This document shows, one piece after another, positions 37,388 through 46,404 of a stretch of 64,000 nt of DNA; position 1 is the stretch's first letter; every line of letters begins with the position of its first letter. The DNA lies in contig DBDS01000006.1 of NCBI GenBank assembly GCA_002293685.1, forward strand, positions 20,187 through 84,186, written 5' to 3'. Below the pieces are notes generated by a model. The model ran no database searches. It was not told the DNA's origin and saw only the letters and a list, made by a program, of their open reading frames with translations. A program made the position numbers and the translations under genes. This DNA is from Patescibacteria group bacterium UBA926. Lineage in GTDB: Bacteria > Patescibacteriota > Doudnabacteria > UBA920.

Positions 37388-38407
37388 ATGATTAATGTAG
37401 ATTTTAAAGGAATTTTGTTAGAAAAAACCGATTTGCCGTTCGAAAATGTAGGGGTATTGAACCCAACTTGCATACAGAAAGATGGTCTCACTCATATGTT
37501 TTATCGAGCGGTGACTGGTAATAATCTTTCAAGTATTGGTTACTGTCAGATTGATAAAGATAAAGTCTTGAGTCGTGCGACAGAGTCAGTTCTTGTTCCA
37601 GAATTTGATTACGAGAAGCATGGTGTTGAGGACCCTAGAATAGTTGAGCTTGAAGGAACTTACTATTTATTTTATACAGCTTATGATGGAGTCAATGCTT
37701 TAACTGCTTTAGCCACGAGTATCGATTTAAAACATTTCGAAAAGCAAGGACTGATTACTCCTTCAATTAAATACAGTGAGGCTAGAGAAATTTTTGCTTC
37801 ACCAAATTTATCTCCTCGTTACGAGTGGTATGCCAAGCATTACGAAGAATCAATTTCCCCGATCGTTATGTTGTGGGGTAAGGATTTAGTTTTATTCCCG
37901 GAGAAAATCAATAACCAGTATTTTTTACTAACCCGAGTCATGCCAGGGATTCAGTATATGTTGTTGGACAATTTAGACCAGTTAAAAGATGAAAATTTTT
38001 GGAGAACACACTTAAAAGATTTAGATAAAAGAGTTGTGATGGATCCAAAGTTTTGGTACGAAACACGTAAGATTGGTGCAAGTTGTGTGCCAATTAAAAC
38101 TGATAAGGGATGGATACAGATCTATCATGGTGTAGAAGATAGTCCCGCCGGAAATATCTATAGAGCATCAGTTGCATTATTGGATTTGAACAACCCTCAG
38201 AAAGTCATCGGTCGTCTTGCTGAACCACTAATTTCCCCAGAACAAGAATGGGAAAAAGTAGGAATAGCCAGTAATGTGATTTTCCCTTCAGGGGCTGCAA
38301 TTCACGGTGACGAGTTATATATCTATTACGGAGCCGCAGACAGCAGGATAGCAGTAGCTTCAGTGAAAACCGATGAACTACTAAATGAATTGTTAAAGAG
38401 CGCTTAG
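37388..38407 (+). CDS. GH130-family glycosidase/phosphorylase
   Basis: VLNP, M.YRAV, GVEDPRI, YTAYDG, KD..LFP, PI.T..GW..IYHGV, NV.FP.G, YYGAAD. Confidence 0.88.
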   Translation: MINVDFKGILLEKTDLPFENVGVLNPTCIQKDGLTHMFYRAVTGNNLSSIGYCQIDKDKVLSRATESVLVPEFDYEKHGVEDPRIVELEGTYYLFYTAYDGVNALTALATSIDLKHFEKQGLITPSIKYSEAREIFASPNLSPRYEWYAKHYEESISPIVMLWGKDLVLFPEKINNQYFLLTRVMPGIQYMLLDNLDQLKDENFWRTHLKDLDKRVVMDPKFWYETRKIGASCVPIKTDKGWIQIYHGVEDSPAGNIYRASVALLDLNNPQKVIGRLAEPLISPEQEWEKVGIASNVIFPSGAAIHGDELYIYYGAADSRIAVASVKTDELLNELLKSA

Positions 38408-38429
38408 ACTGGCGCGGAAACTCAAGAAT

Positions 38430-40616
38430 ATGGCTGAATCGAAAACACCTTTGATCGCTTGTCTGAGTACATACCCTCCACGCGAGTGTGGAATTGCCAC
38501 ATTTTCTCAAGACTTAGTGACTGCATACAACAATCTATTCTCACCCCATAATGCAATGGGGGTTGTTGCTATGCACAATGACACCGTCGACTCAAAATAC
38601 CCAGTAGAGGTTTTATTCACTATCGACCAACAGGATCAGCAGAGTTATATCAAAGCTGCCGATCGTCTGAATTCCGACGAACAGATTTTGCTTGTGAACA
38701 TTCAGCACGAGTTTGGCATTTTTGGAGGAGATTGGGGAGAGTACCTCGAGATTTTCCTGCAGAGAATTAACAAGCCCGTCATTACTACTCTCCACACAGT
38801 TTTGCCTAACCCAGACCAGAAGGTTATTGGCCGAATGAATGTGTTGGTAAAGTATTCTGCAGAACTGGTGGTTATGACAGAGCGTTCTAAACAAATTTTG
38901 TTATCGGATTACAAAGTCCGCGCTTCAAAGATTACGATAATTCCTCATGGGATCCATCCTCAGTTATATCACTCTTCAGATGAAGCTAAGAAGGAACTTA
39001 ATTTACCTAATGTGCCAATGTTAACCACATTTGGATTGTTGAGTGAAGGAAAAGGTATTGAGTATATACTCCAAGCGTTGCCGGAGGTAGTAAAAAAATA
39101 TCCTGAGGTACAATATTTTTTAATCGGCAAAACTCATCCAGGTGTAGTTAAACAAGAAGGAGAGAGATATCGCGATTCACTATGGCAGTTGGTACAACAA
39201 TTGGGACTGCAAAAAAATGTAAAGTTCATCGATCGCTATTTCGATGTGCCGGAGCTTTTGCAGTATTTGCAAGCAACCGATATTTATATTTCGGGGTCTC
39301 TAAATCCTAATCAAGCCGTAAGCGGTACATTAACATACGCGATGGGCGTGGGTCGGCCAGTTGTGGCAACGGAGTTTTCTCAGGCTAAGGAAGTCGTTAC
39401 AAATGAGACTGGAATTCTGGTTCCTTTTCGGGACCCGCCAGCTTATGCCAACGCCTTGATTGGATTGCTGGATAACGCGGAACTTCGCAAGCACTTAGGG
39501 AAAAACGCTTACTTTCAAACCCGGCATATGACCTGGCCAAACGTGGCTTTAGCTTACTCTAAAAGTTTTGCAGCCAAAGCTCCTGAGGTCGGTTCACAGC
39601 ACAAAAGCATCCCGCCAATTAAACTTGATCATGTTACCGCTTTAACCGATGATTTTGGGATTTTTCAGTTTGCCCAGCTTCATGTCCGCAATCCACAATC
39701 TGGTTATACTTTAGACGACAATGCCCGGGCTTTAATGGTTGTTACAAAGTACTACCAGAAATCCCAAGATCAGGAAGCTTTACGATTACTTCAAATTTAT
39801 CTGAACTTTATCGAAGCGGCGGCAATTGGTAATGGTGAGTTTCGTAATTACTTTACTGTTCAAAGAAAATTCGACGAAGCTGCCAACCTTAGAGATAGCT
39901 TAGAAGATTCCAACGCGCGATGTCTGCAAGCTTTAATGTGGGTGTGGGGAGCAGATTTAGTGCCAAAGGAACTTCGTGAGCAAGCCAGGAAGTTGTATCG
40001 CCCTGGATTAGTAAATGAATTTCGCTCGCCGCGTGCAGCTGCTTTCTTTATCAAGGGAATGTATTCTTTGCGCAAGCAAGCTGGGATACCAGAAAAAATC
40101 AGACGACATTGCGATTTCTTGGTTGGTGGATATGAAGCTAACCGGAGTGAAGGTTGGGAGTGGTTTGAACCACAGCTTACATATTCGAATGCACTTATTC
40201 CCGAAGCATTATTGCTTGGATATTTAGCCACCAAGCAAGATAGATTTTTGGAAGTGGGTAAAAAGACTTTAGATTTTTTAATCGAACAAACTTTTGTCGA
40301 AGGTCGGTATGTGGGCATCGGACAAGATGGTTGGTTTGCCAAAGGCGGCAAGAAAGCTACGTTCGATCAACAACCAGAAGATCCTGCGGCTATGGTCCAT
40401 GCTTTAAAAACTATGTACCGAATTAGTAAAGACGCAAAGTATAAAAAATTAATGTATGTTGCGTTTAATTGGTTTATTGGGGATAACGTGCTTGGTCAGT
40501 TTGTTTACGATAGCGTAACCGGTGGTTCTTATGACGGAATTAGTGAAAACCAGACTAATTTAAATCAAGGTGCCGAGTCCACTTTGTCGTATTTGTCGGC
40601 GCGGTTGTTGATGTAA
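38430..40616 (+). CDS. GT4 glycosyltransferase fused to a six-hairpin glycosidase-like domain
   Basis: PPRECGIATF, QHEFGIFG, FGLLS..KG.E, SGTL.YA...G; C-terminal GY.LDDNARAL, W.WFE..LTY.NA, FDQQP, NQGAESTL. Confidence 0.85.
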   Translation: MAESKTPLIACLSTYPPRECGIATFSQDLVTAYNNLFSPHNAMGVVAMHNDTVDSKYPVEVLFTIDQQDQQSYIKAADRLNSDEQILLVNIQHEFGIFGGDWGEYLEIFLQRINKPVITTLHTVLPNPDQKVIGRMNVLVKYSAELVVMTERSKQILLSDYKVRASKITIIPHGIHPQLYHSSDEAKKELNLPNVPMLTTFGLLSEGKGIEYILQALPEVVKKYPEVQYFLIGKTHPGVVKQEGERYRDSLWQLVQQLGLQKNVKFIDRYFDVPELLQYLQATDIYISGSLNPNQAVSGTLTYAMGVGRPVVATEFSQAKEVVTNETGILVPFRDPPAYANALIGLLDNAELRKHLGKNAYFQTRHMTWPNVALAYSKSFAAKAPEVGSQHKSIPPIKLDHVTALTDDFGIFQFAQLHVRNPQSGYTLDDNARALMVVTKYYQKSQDQEALRLLQIYLNFIEAAAIGNGEFRNYFTVQRKFDEAANLRDSLEDSNARCLQALMWVWGADLVPKELREQARKLYRPGLVNEFRSPRAAAFFIKGMYSLRKQAGIPEKIRRHCDFLVGGYEANRSEGWEWFEPQLTYSNALIPEALLLGYLATKQDRFLEVGKKTLDFLIEQTFVEGRYVGIGQDGWFAKGGKKATFDQQPEDPAAMVHALKTMYRISKDAKYKKLMYVAFNWFIGDNVLGQFVYDSVTGGSYDGISENQTNLNQGAESTLSYLSARLLM

Positions 40617-40648
40617 AATTTGTAGAATTATAGGGGAGTTGAGACACG

Positions 40649-40936
40649 CTTCAACCCGTTCGATTCCTCTATAATCATTACCAAAGTAAAAACACCACTA
40701 ACGTGGTGTCCTTACTTTGGTAGCGCTACGGGGAATTACGCGTCGGCTTTCTTCTGAAAGCCTCCTTGCCCGGGGTTGCATAGAACTGCCCCCGGCAGTT
40801 CTATGATCGCTCGGTTTCAGTTTTCTCTGCAGAGAAAACCTTACCTCACTTCAACCCGTTCGATTCCTCTATAATCATTACCAAAGTAAAAACACCACTA
40901 ATGTGGTGTCCTTACTTTGGTAGCGCTACGGGGAAT
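40649..40936. repeat. 88-bp direct repeat (200-bp period) duplicating the tRNA-Glu 3' end, enclosing a palindromic insert
   Basis: 40649-40736 and 40849-40936 are identical except one C/T (40702/40902). Confidence 0.9.
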
Positions 40937-40992
40937 CGAACCCCGATTACGTGGATGAGAACCACGCGTCCTAACCATTAGACGATAGCGCC
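40918..40992 (-). tRNA. tRNA-Glu (anticodon CTC), CCA encoded
   Basis: GGCGCTA acceptor, CGTGG-TTCTCAT-CCACG anticodon arm, CGGGG-TTCGATT-CCCCG T-arm, ACCA end. Confidence 0.97.
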
Positions 40993-41051
40993 TTAATACA
41001 GGGTATTTTATCATCCCCAGCAACCTTTGAAAAGAGTGGTATAATAATAGT

Positions 41052-41174
41052 ATGAAATACTTTCTTATTGCAGTCTTAGCACTGACTATGGTTGCAGGTG
41101 CGTGTGATAACACTAAGATAGAAGGCAAGGTTCCAACTTCTCCTGTTGAATCTTACGAACCACTACCACGCTAA
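41052..41174 (+). CDS. 40-aa putative lipoprotein (not in ORF track)
   Basis: MKYFLIAVLALTMVAGAC-DNTK...; lipobox-like AGAC; TGgTATAAT just upstream. Confidence 0.6.
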   Translation: MKYFLIAVLALTMVAGACDNTKIEGKVPTSPVESYEPLPR

Positions 41175-41302
41175 ATTTCTTTTTGTTTAATTAAAACCAA
41201 AAAAATATTTTTGGTTTTAATTGTGTCTACACTCCTTGACAAGTGTAGTAAAAACTGTCAATTTTGGAGTACCCCTAAAAAACGATCCGGAGGATATAGT
41301 CA

Positions 41303-41398
41303 AGTTTGGCCCATTGGTTGGGAAGCGTCGCCTTGCAGTATAAGGTGTTCGTAGTGCACAACAGACCGTGCTCACAGGTTCGACTCCTGTACAAACTC
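41303..41398 (+). ncRNA. tRNA-like RNA / atypical pseudo-tRNA
   Basis: AGTTTG/CAAACT acceptor-like stem, CCCA-TTGGT-TGGG D-like arm, ACAGG-TTCGACT-CCTGT T-arm, terminator at 41402-41426; no CCA. Confidence 0.5.
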
Positions 41399-41429
41399 AT
41401 TAGACCCTTTCCTCCGGGTCTTTTTTATT

Positions 41430-42014
41430 TTAGATATCTGCTTGCTGTGATTCCGAAGAATTTTCTGTGACACTGTTATCTTGTATTGCCGGAGCTTCTG
41501 GTAATTTGATTGAGGAGGTGAGTTCTTCAAAGCTAGGCAAGTCATTGATTGAGGTAACCCCAAGTTGTTGGAGAAATTCTGTTGTCACTTGGTACATAGA
41601 GCTGCGGGCATCAGAAGGGTTTGAAACTTTTTCAATTAAACCGCGCATCAGCAACGCACGAATAGAGTACTGAGAGTTGACGCCACGAATGGATTCAATT
41701 TCCACTTTGGTGATTGGTTGTCTATACGCAATGATGGCCAAAACTTCGGCAGTGGCTTCGGTGAGTTGTTCGCGCAAATCACTGTTCAGAAAATCGGTAA
41801 CTGTGTCTGAATTATTGCTATTGGTAGCTAACTGGTATTGCGAGCCGCTATGCAGGAGTACAACTCCCGAGTCTTTACAAAATTGACTTAATTCCTCGAG
41901 AGCAGTTACGACTTCAGCTTCGGTTGCGTTCGCAAACTTCACCAACTGCTTAACAGTTAGGGGTTTACTGGTGACGAATAAGAGGCTGTGAAGTTTAGAG
42001 GTTAGTTGGTTCAT
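41430..42014 (-). CDS. scpB: Segregation and condensation protein B
   Basis: SLLFV...PL, L...A.EVLAIIAYRQPIT..EIE.IRGVNS, Y..T.EFL...G..S..DLP. Confidence 0.93.
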   Translation of the reverse strand: MNQLTSKLHSLLFVTSKPLTVKQLVKFANATEAEVVTALEELSQFCKDSGVVLLHSGSQYQLATNSNNSDTVTDFLNSDLREQLTEATAEVLAIIAYRQPITKVEIESIRGVNSQYSIRALLMRGLIEKVSNPSDARSSMYQVTTEFLQQLGVTSINDLPSFEELTSSIKLPEAPAIQDNSVTENSSESQQADI

Positions 42015-42744
42015 GGTTTGTTTCTTCTTTGGTTATTGCCGGGTTGTAGCGGGTAATTTTGACATCAGTAAACAAGATATCTTGCTCGACGCTAAAAATT
42101 CTTTGCTTAATTAATTCTAACAGAGCAAGAAAAGTTACAATAACTTCATCTTTGTTTTTAGCCTCTGATAACAATTCGCTCAAACTTGTTTCAATTTTGT
42201 TGGCTAGCCTGCCTTGTAAATCCGAAATTTTAGCTTGAATCGATACTGCTTCTTTAATTCGTGCTTTTGGTAAACTGTCTAATTCTCTGAGCTGTTGAAG
42301 GACCTGAAGAATGGAAGTGTGCAGAGTTTCGGTGGTAACGTTTGGATCGGGAAAGAAATTGATTCGTTCATTGAAAATCGCGGAACGCGTAAAACTTTGC
42401 TGTCGTCTCGCATCTAACTGTTTTAAATAGCGAGCCACCTCTTTAAATTGTTTGTAGAGAATTAACTTTTCGGTTAAATCTTCCTCTGGTTCTAATTCAT
42501 CATCGGTAGCGACTTCGAGACTTGGCAATATAGCTTTGGATTTAATGACCAGTAATTTTGCTGCAATGTTGAGATAGTCGGCAAGAGCCGTTGCTTCGAT
42601 TTGCTCCAACTCTTTAACGTATTGCAAAAACTGCTCGGTCACTTCTGCGAGCGCGATATCTGTGATGTTTAATTTCTGATCTTCAATTAGTGAGAGCAGT
42701 AAATCTAACGGACCTTCGAATTGTTGTAATTTTATTTTGGCCAA
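41995..42744 (-). CDS. scpA: Segregation and condensation protein A
   Basis: FEGPLDLLL.LI, .T.QFL.Y, AA.L..IKS...LP, V.FLALLEL. Confidence 0.93.
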   Translation of the reverse strand: MAKIKLQQFEGPLDLLLSLIEDQKLNITDIALAEVTEQFLQYVKELEQIEATALADYLNIAAKLLVIKSKAILPSLEVATDDELEPEEDLTEKLILYKQFKEVARYLKQLDARRQQSFTRSAIFNERINFFPDPNVTTETLHTSILQVLQQLRELDSLPKARIKEAVSIQAKISDLQGRLANKIETSLSELLSEAKNKDEVIVTFLALLELIKQRIFSVEQDILFTDVKITRYNPAITKEETNHEPTNL

Positions 42745-42748
42745 TTTT

Positions 42749-44056
42749 CTAAGGAGTAAGTCTCTTTACACCGCGATATAAGAAAGAAACATCGCGAATG
42801 CTTTCCAGGTTGAATAATTTCATTATCATACGTTCTGGTCCTGCACCGAATCCACCATGTGGAGGACATCCATATTTAAAGAAGTCTAAGTAGAACTGCA
42901 ATGATTCAAGTTCCATTCCACGCTCTTTGGCTTGCTTAACAAGCACATCATATCGATGTTCCCGTTGGGCACCAGTAGTAATTTCTACACCATTCCAGAG
43001 TAAATCGAATCCTCTAGTCAATTCCGAATCTTCTTCAAGTCGCATATGGTAGAATGCGCGGGTCTGATGAGGATATTCTGTAATAAATACAAACTCATGA
43101 TTGAATTTTTCTTTTACGTATTCTGAGATATTTCGTTCTTCTTCAGGACTTAAGTCTCCGTCTTTTTCGGAAGTGATTCCGCGTTCTGTTAAAATTTTCT
43201 TTGCTTCAGATAATGTAATTTGTGGGAAAGGTAGGGTTGGAACGATAACCTCACGGTTGTGAGTGGTTTTGATTTCTTCACCATACTTTTCTTTCACACG
43301 TTCGATTGCTTTCGCCAACATTGCTTCTTCTTCAGCAATGATGTCTTGGTGTGATTTGATGTAAGACTTTTCAAGATCGAAACCTTGAAACTCTGTAGCG
43401 TGGCGCGTTGTGAAGGATGGTTCTGCACGAAAAACTGGACCGAACTCAAAAACTTTTTCGAAGCCAGCTGACATCGCCATTTGTTTGTAAAATTGAGGAG
43501 ACTGAGCAAGATATGCCTTACGATCGAAGTATTGTACTTCGAAAAGCTCTGCACCAGACTCGCTAGGACTGCTCATTAGTTTTGGTGAGTGAATTTGAAT
43601 GTAATCATTTGAGACACAGTAATCTGCTAATGCTCGCTCAAATTCTGTCCAAACTTTGTAAACAAGCTGTTTTTCAGGTCGACGTAAGTCTAAGAATCGC
43701 CAGTCGAGTCTGACTTGTTGGTCTGGTTCTTCACCGCCTTTATTAAAGACAGGGATTGGTAGCTCTGGTTGAGCAGGGGATAGAATTTCAATTTTCTCTG
43801 CAGCTACTTCGAATCCTGTAGCTGCTTTTGGTTCTTCTTTTACTTCACCAGTAACTTCAATGACACTTTCTAGTGAAAGGTGTTTCAGTGATTCTAATAG
43901 AGTTGGTTCGAAAACTACCACTTGCACAGAACCTGAAATGTCTCGTAAAACTATAAATTTAATTTTACCTTGATCGCGAATCGCGTGGGCGAAACCTTTT
44001 AAAACTACTTGCTTACCAGTGTGCTGGTGTAGGTCGGAAATGTGTATTCTGCTCAT
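42749..44056 (-). CDS. aspS: Aspartate--tRNA ligase, short archaeal-type (likely non-discriminating)
   Basis: OB domain, RLD.R.LDLR, YLAQSPQFYKQ, FRAE.S.T.RH..EF, GAQREH, YGCPPHGGFG.G.ER; 435 aa with no GAD insert. Confidence 0.88.
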   Translation of the reverse strand: MSRIHISDLHQHTGKQVVLKGFAHAIRDQGKIKFIVLRDISGSVQVVVFEPTLLESLKHLSLESVIEVTGEVKEEPKAATGFEVAAEKIEILSPAQPELPIPVFNKGGEEPDQQVRLDWRFLDLRRPEKQLVYKVWTEFERALADYCVSNDYIQIHSPKLMSSPSESGAELFEVQYFDRKAYLAQSPQFYKQMAMSAGFEKVFEFGPVFRAEPSFTTRHATEFQGFDLEKSYIKSHQDIIAEEEAMLAKAIERVKEKYGEEIKTTHNREVIVPTLPFPQITLSEAKKILTERGITSEKDGDLSPEEERNISEYVKEKFNHEFVFITEYPHQTRAFYHMRLEEDSELTRGFDLLWNGVEITTGAQREHRYDVLVKQAKERGMELESLQFYLDFFKYGCPPHGGFGAGPERMIMKLFNLESIRDVSFLYRGVKRLTP

Positions 44057-44123
44057 ATATTATTTTAAGATTATATTGCATTATATCAGTTTTTCTTGGA
44101 TTTAAGCAAAGAATTTAGGCAAA

Positions 44124-44746
44124 GAAAAAAGAGCAGCGATTTGAGTCTACTGCCCTTGGGTGAGGACTTACGAGTCCCCCTTGGAGGAATGATAAGTATG
44201 ATTGCTAAGGGGCGATTGCTCGCCCCGCCGATCGATCTAAAAATACATGTTATTTGCCGCCGGGGCGGCTACGTCGGTGAAGGGTTCATGTCGAAATTCT
44301 CCCTTGTGCGACGTGATTGTCGCACTTTATACTGAATTTTGGCGCCGCAGCCGTTTAGGCTCCGGAGGTGCCGGTGGTCGAGATCGTCGTTGATACACTG
44401 TTTCTAACTGCCTGTGACATACCAGGCGGAGAATTGATTCTCATCTTCATGATTAATGTCCTCCTATAGACTAGACTTATTTTGTAGATGGGTGAGTCTG
44501 TCATGACCCACCCTTCTATGTTCGGACGACAAAAGTCGCCCAGTTCGCCCCTAATCTTTTCTGAAAAGGGTATTTACGAATCGCGAATCGAGGAGCACTG
44601 CTTGTTGCGCACCGCGAACTCCGCGCCGCCAAGACAGTTCGGTCTATGGCGTATTATCGTTAGGATTGGGTTTGTCGCCCATCTTTGGATCAGACAGGGT
44701 ATATATATTAGGCGACAACGCCCACGTCATCCGTAACGAAATCGTG
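44124..44746 (-). ncRNA. Candidate large (~620 nt) structured ncRNA
   Basis: Promoter TTGACG-17-TAATAT (44780-44752), about ten hairpins, terminator 44155-44125; only tiny sense ORFs. Confidence 0.55.
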
Positions 44747-44908
44747 AGAATATATTACCACTAATTCCTCATTTCGTCAAATCACTTGGGCTACATTTTG
44801 CAAAAAACCGCATATTTATGGGTGTTTTATATTATAAAGATTTGGGTCTGATATAATTAATTTATATAAATCGTTTGGATAAATCATAAAATTGAAATTA
44901 AAATAAAA

Positions 44909-45487
44909 ATGCTTAAAAAAATAGTTTTAGATTTGGAGACGCAAAAATCTTTCGAAGAAGTAGGTGGTAGAGGAAAGAATCATTTATTGAAGGTCTCGGT
45001 TTGCGGAATCTATGATTATTCCCGCGATGTTTATGAGATCTATGAAGAGCATGAGCTGCCAAGAATGGCCCCAATTCTTCAGATGGCCGATCAAATTATT
45101 GGTTTTAATATCAAGCAATTCGATTTCGCAGTTCTTCAGCCTTACTTGAACTTCGATTTGGCAGGTTTACCAGCTTATGATTTGCTAGAAGAAATTGAAA
45201 AAGTGATAGGGCATAAAATTCGTTTAGAAGCAGTTGCTCAAGCAACTTTAGGTAGTGGGAAATCAGGGAATGGTCTAGAGGCATTGTTGTACTACAAGAA
45301 CGGCAAAATGGATCAACTTAAAAAATATTGTTTGGATGACGTAAAAGTGACTAAGCAAGTATATGATTATGTGTTGAATAATCAGAAACTTTTATATCGA
45401 GATTATTTCTCTATCAAAGAGATAAAACTTAAGTGTGAAGAACCTGTAAGCCGGATCGGTGTGCAACGCCAGGAAGTTTTGTTTTAA
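44909..45487 (+). CDS. RNase H-like / DEDD exonuclease domain protein (YprB-like)
   Basis: VLDLETQ, IGFN...FD..VL, L..VA..TLG..K.G.G, YC..DV..T. Confidence 0.82.
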   Translation: MLKKIVLDLETQKSFEEVGGRGKNHLLKVSVCGIYDYSRDVYEIYEEHELPRMAPILQMADQIIGFNIKQFDFAVLQPYLNFDLAGLPAYDLLEEIEKVIGHKIRLEAVAQATLGSGKSGNGLEALLYYKNGKMDQLKKYCLDDVKVTKQVYDYVLNNQKLLYRDYFSIKEIKLKCEEPVSRIGVQRQEVLF

Positions 45488-45510
45488 TCATAAAACGAAA
45501 CGGTAATTTT

Positions 45511-46404
45511 ATGAGAAAAGTAATATATCTAATTCTGGTAGTTCTTTTCATAGGTCTTTGGCTATTAATGATGAATGTTTTTTCTGGAGATGTTGTTTTT
45601 ACTAATAGCTTTTTCGTTGGTGAATTTTCAATTCATTACTATGGTTTAATTCTTGGAATAGCGGTCCTCAGTGCTTACTTATTAGCGAAGCGGCGTGCCA
45701 ATAAGTTTGGAATTTCTGCATCTCAAGTAGACGACATATCCGTGTGGTTAATCGTAAGTGGTTTTGTTGGGTCCCGATTATATCACGTAGCAAGTAGCTG
45801 GGACTACTATATAATTAACCCTGTCGAAATATTTTTTGTCTGGAATGGCGGATTGAGTATTTTTGGTGCAATCATTGGTGGATTGATTGGGCTGTATTTC
45901 TACAAAAAATTTAAGAGTTCTAATTTAAATTATTTTGCGATGCTGGATTGGCTTGCGCCGAGTGTTATCTTAGGGCAAATCATTGGTCGTTTTGGTAACT
46001 TAGTGAACTACGAAGCATATGGCATACCGACCGATCTTCCGTGGAAGATGTTCGTGCCAGTGGCCAACAGATTATCTCCCTACGAAGCTTTTGAATTCTT
46101 TCACCCACTATTTTTATACGAGGCGTTAGCTGGTTTACTCATTCTTCTAATTTTGCTAAACTTCTCACGTCTTAATAAATCCTTAAAACTACCTAAATTT
46201 TGTGGTCAGATATTCTGGATATGGATAGGTTTGTACGGATTGGTAAGGATTTTCACTGAGTATTTAAGAGTAGATAGTCCATATTTGGGCTCAATTAAGC
46301 AGAATATGCTTGTAGCTGGGTTAATGGTTGTGACAACAATAATCGTAACAATGATAAGTATTAGAAATCAGAAAAAAACTGAACATGAATCCATTTCGAC
46401 ATAA
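45511..46404 (+). CDS. lgt: Prolipoprotein diacylglyceryl transferase
   Basis: I.YYG, G.RLYHV, W.GGLSI.G, GQ.IGR.GN..N.EAYG, HP.FLYE, R...E..R.D. Confidence 0.93.
   Translation: MRKVIYLILVVLFIGLWLLMMNVFSGDVVFTNSFFVGEFSIHYYGLILGIAVLSAYLLAKRRANKFGISASQVDDISVWLIVSGFVGSRLYHVASSWDYYIINPVEIFFVWNGGLSIFGAIIGGLIGLYFYKKFKSSNLNYFAMLDWLAPSVILGQIIGRFGNLVNYEAYGIPTDLPWKMFVPVANRLSPYEAFEFFHPLFLYEALAGLLILLILLNFSRLNKSLKLPKFCGQIFWIWIGLYGLVRIFTEYLRVDSPYLGSIKQNMLVAGLMVVTTIIVTMISIRNQKKTEHESIST

Noticed and set aside
44096-44736. Plus-strand ORFs 44096-44335 and 44488-44736
   Set aside because: Antisense to a promoter/terminator-bounded structured unit; no motifs; likely by-products of high GC
44124-44746. T-box riboswitch for aspS
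   Set aside because: Only a partial AAGGGTGG, about 350 nt from the terminator; no UGGNACC antiterminator bulge; aspS has its own promoter-like sequence
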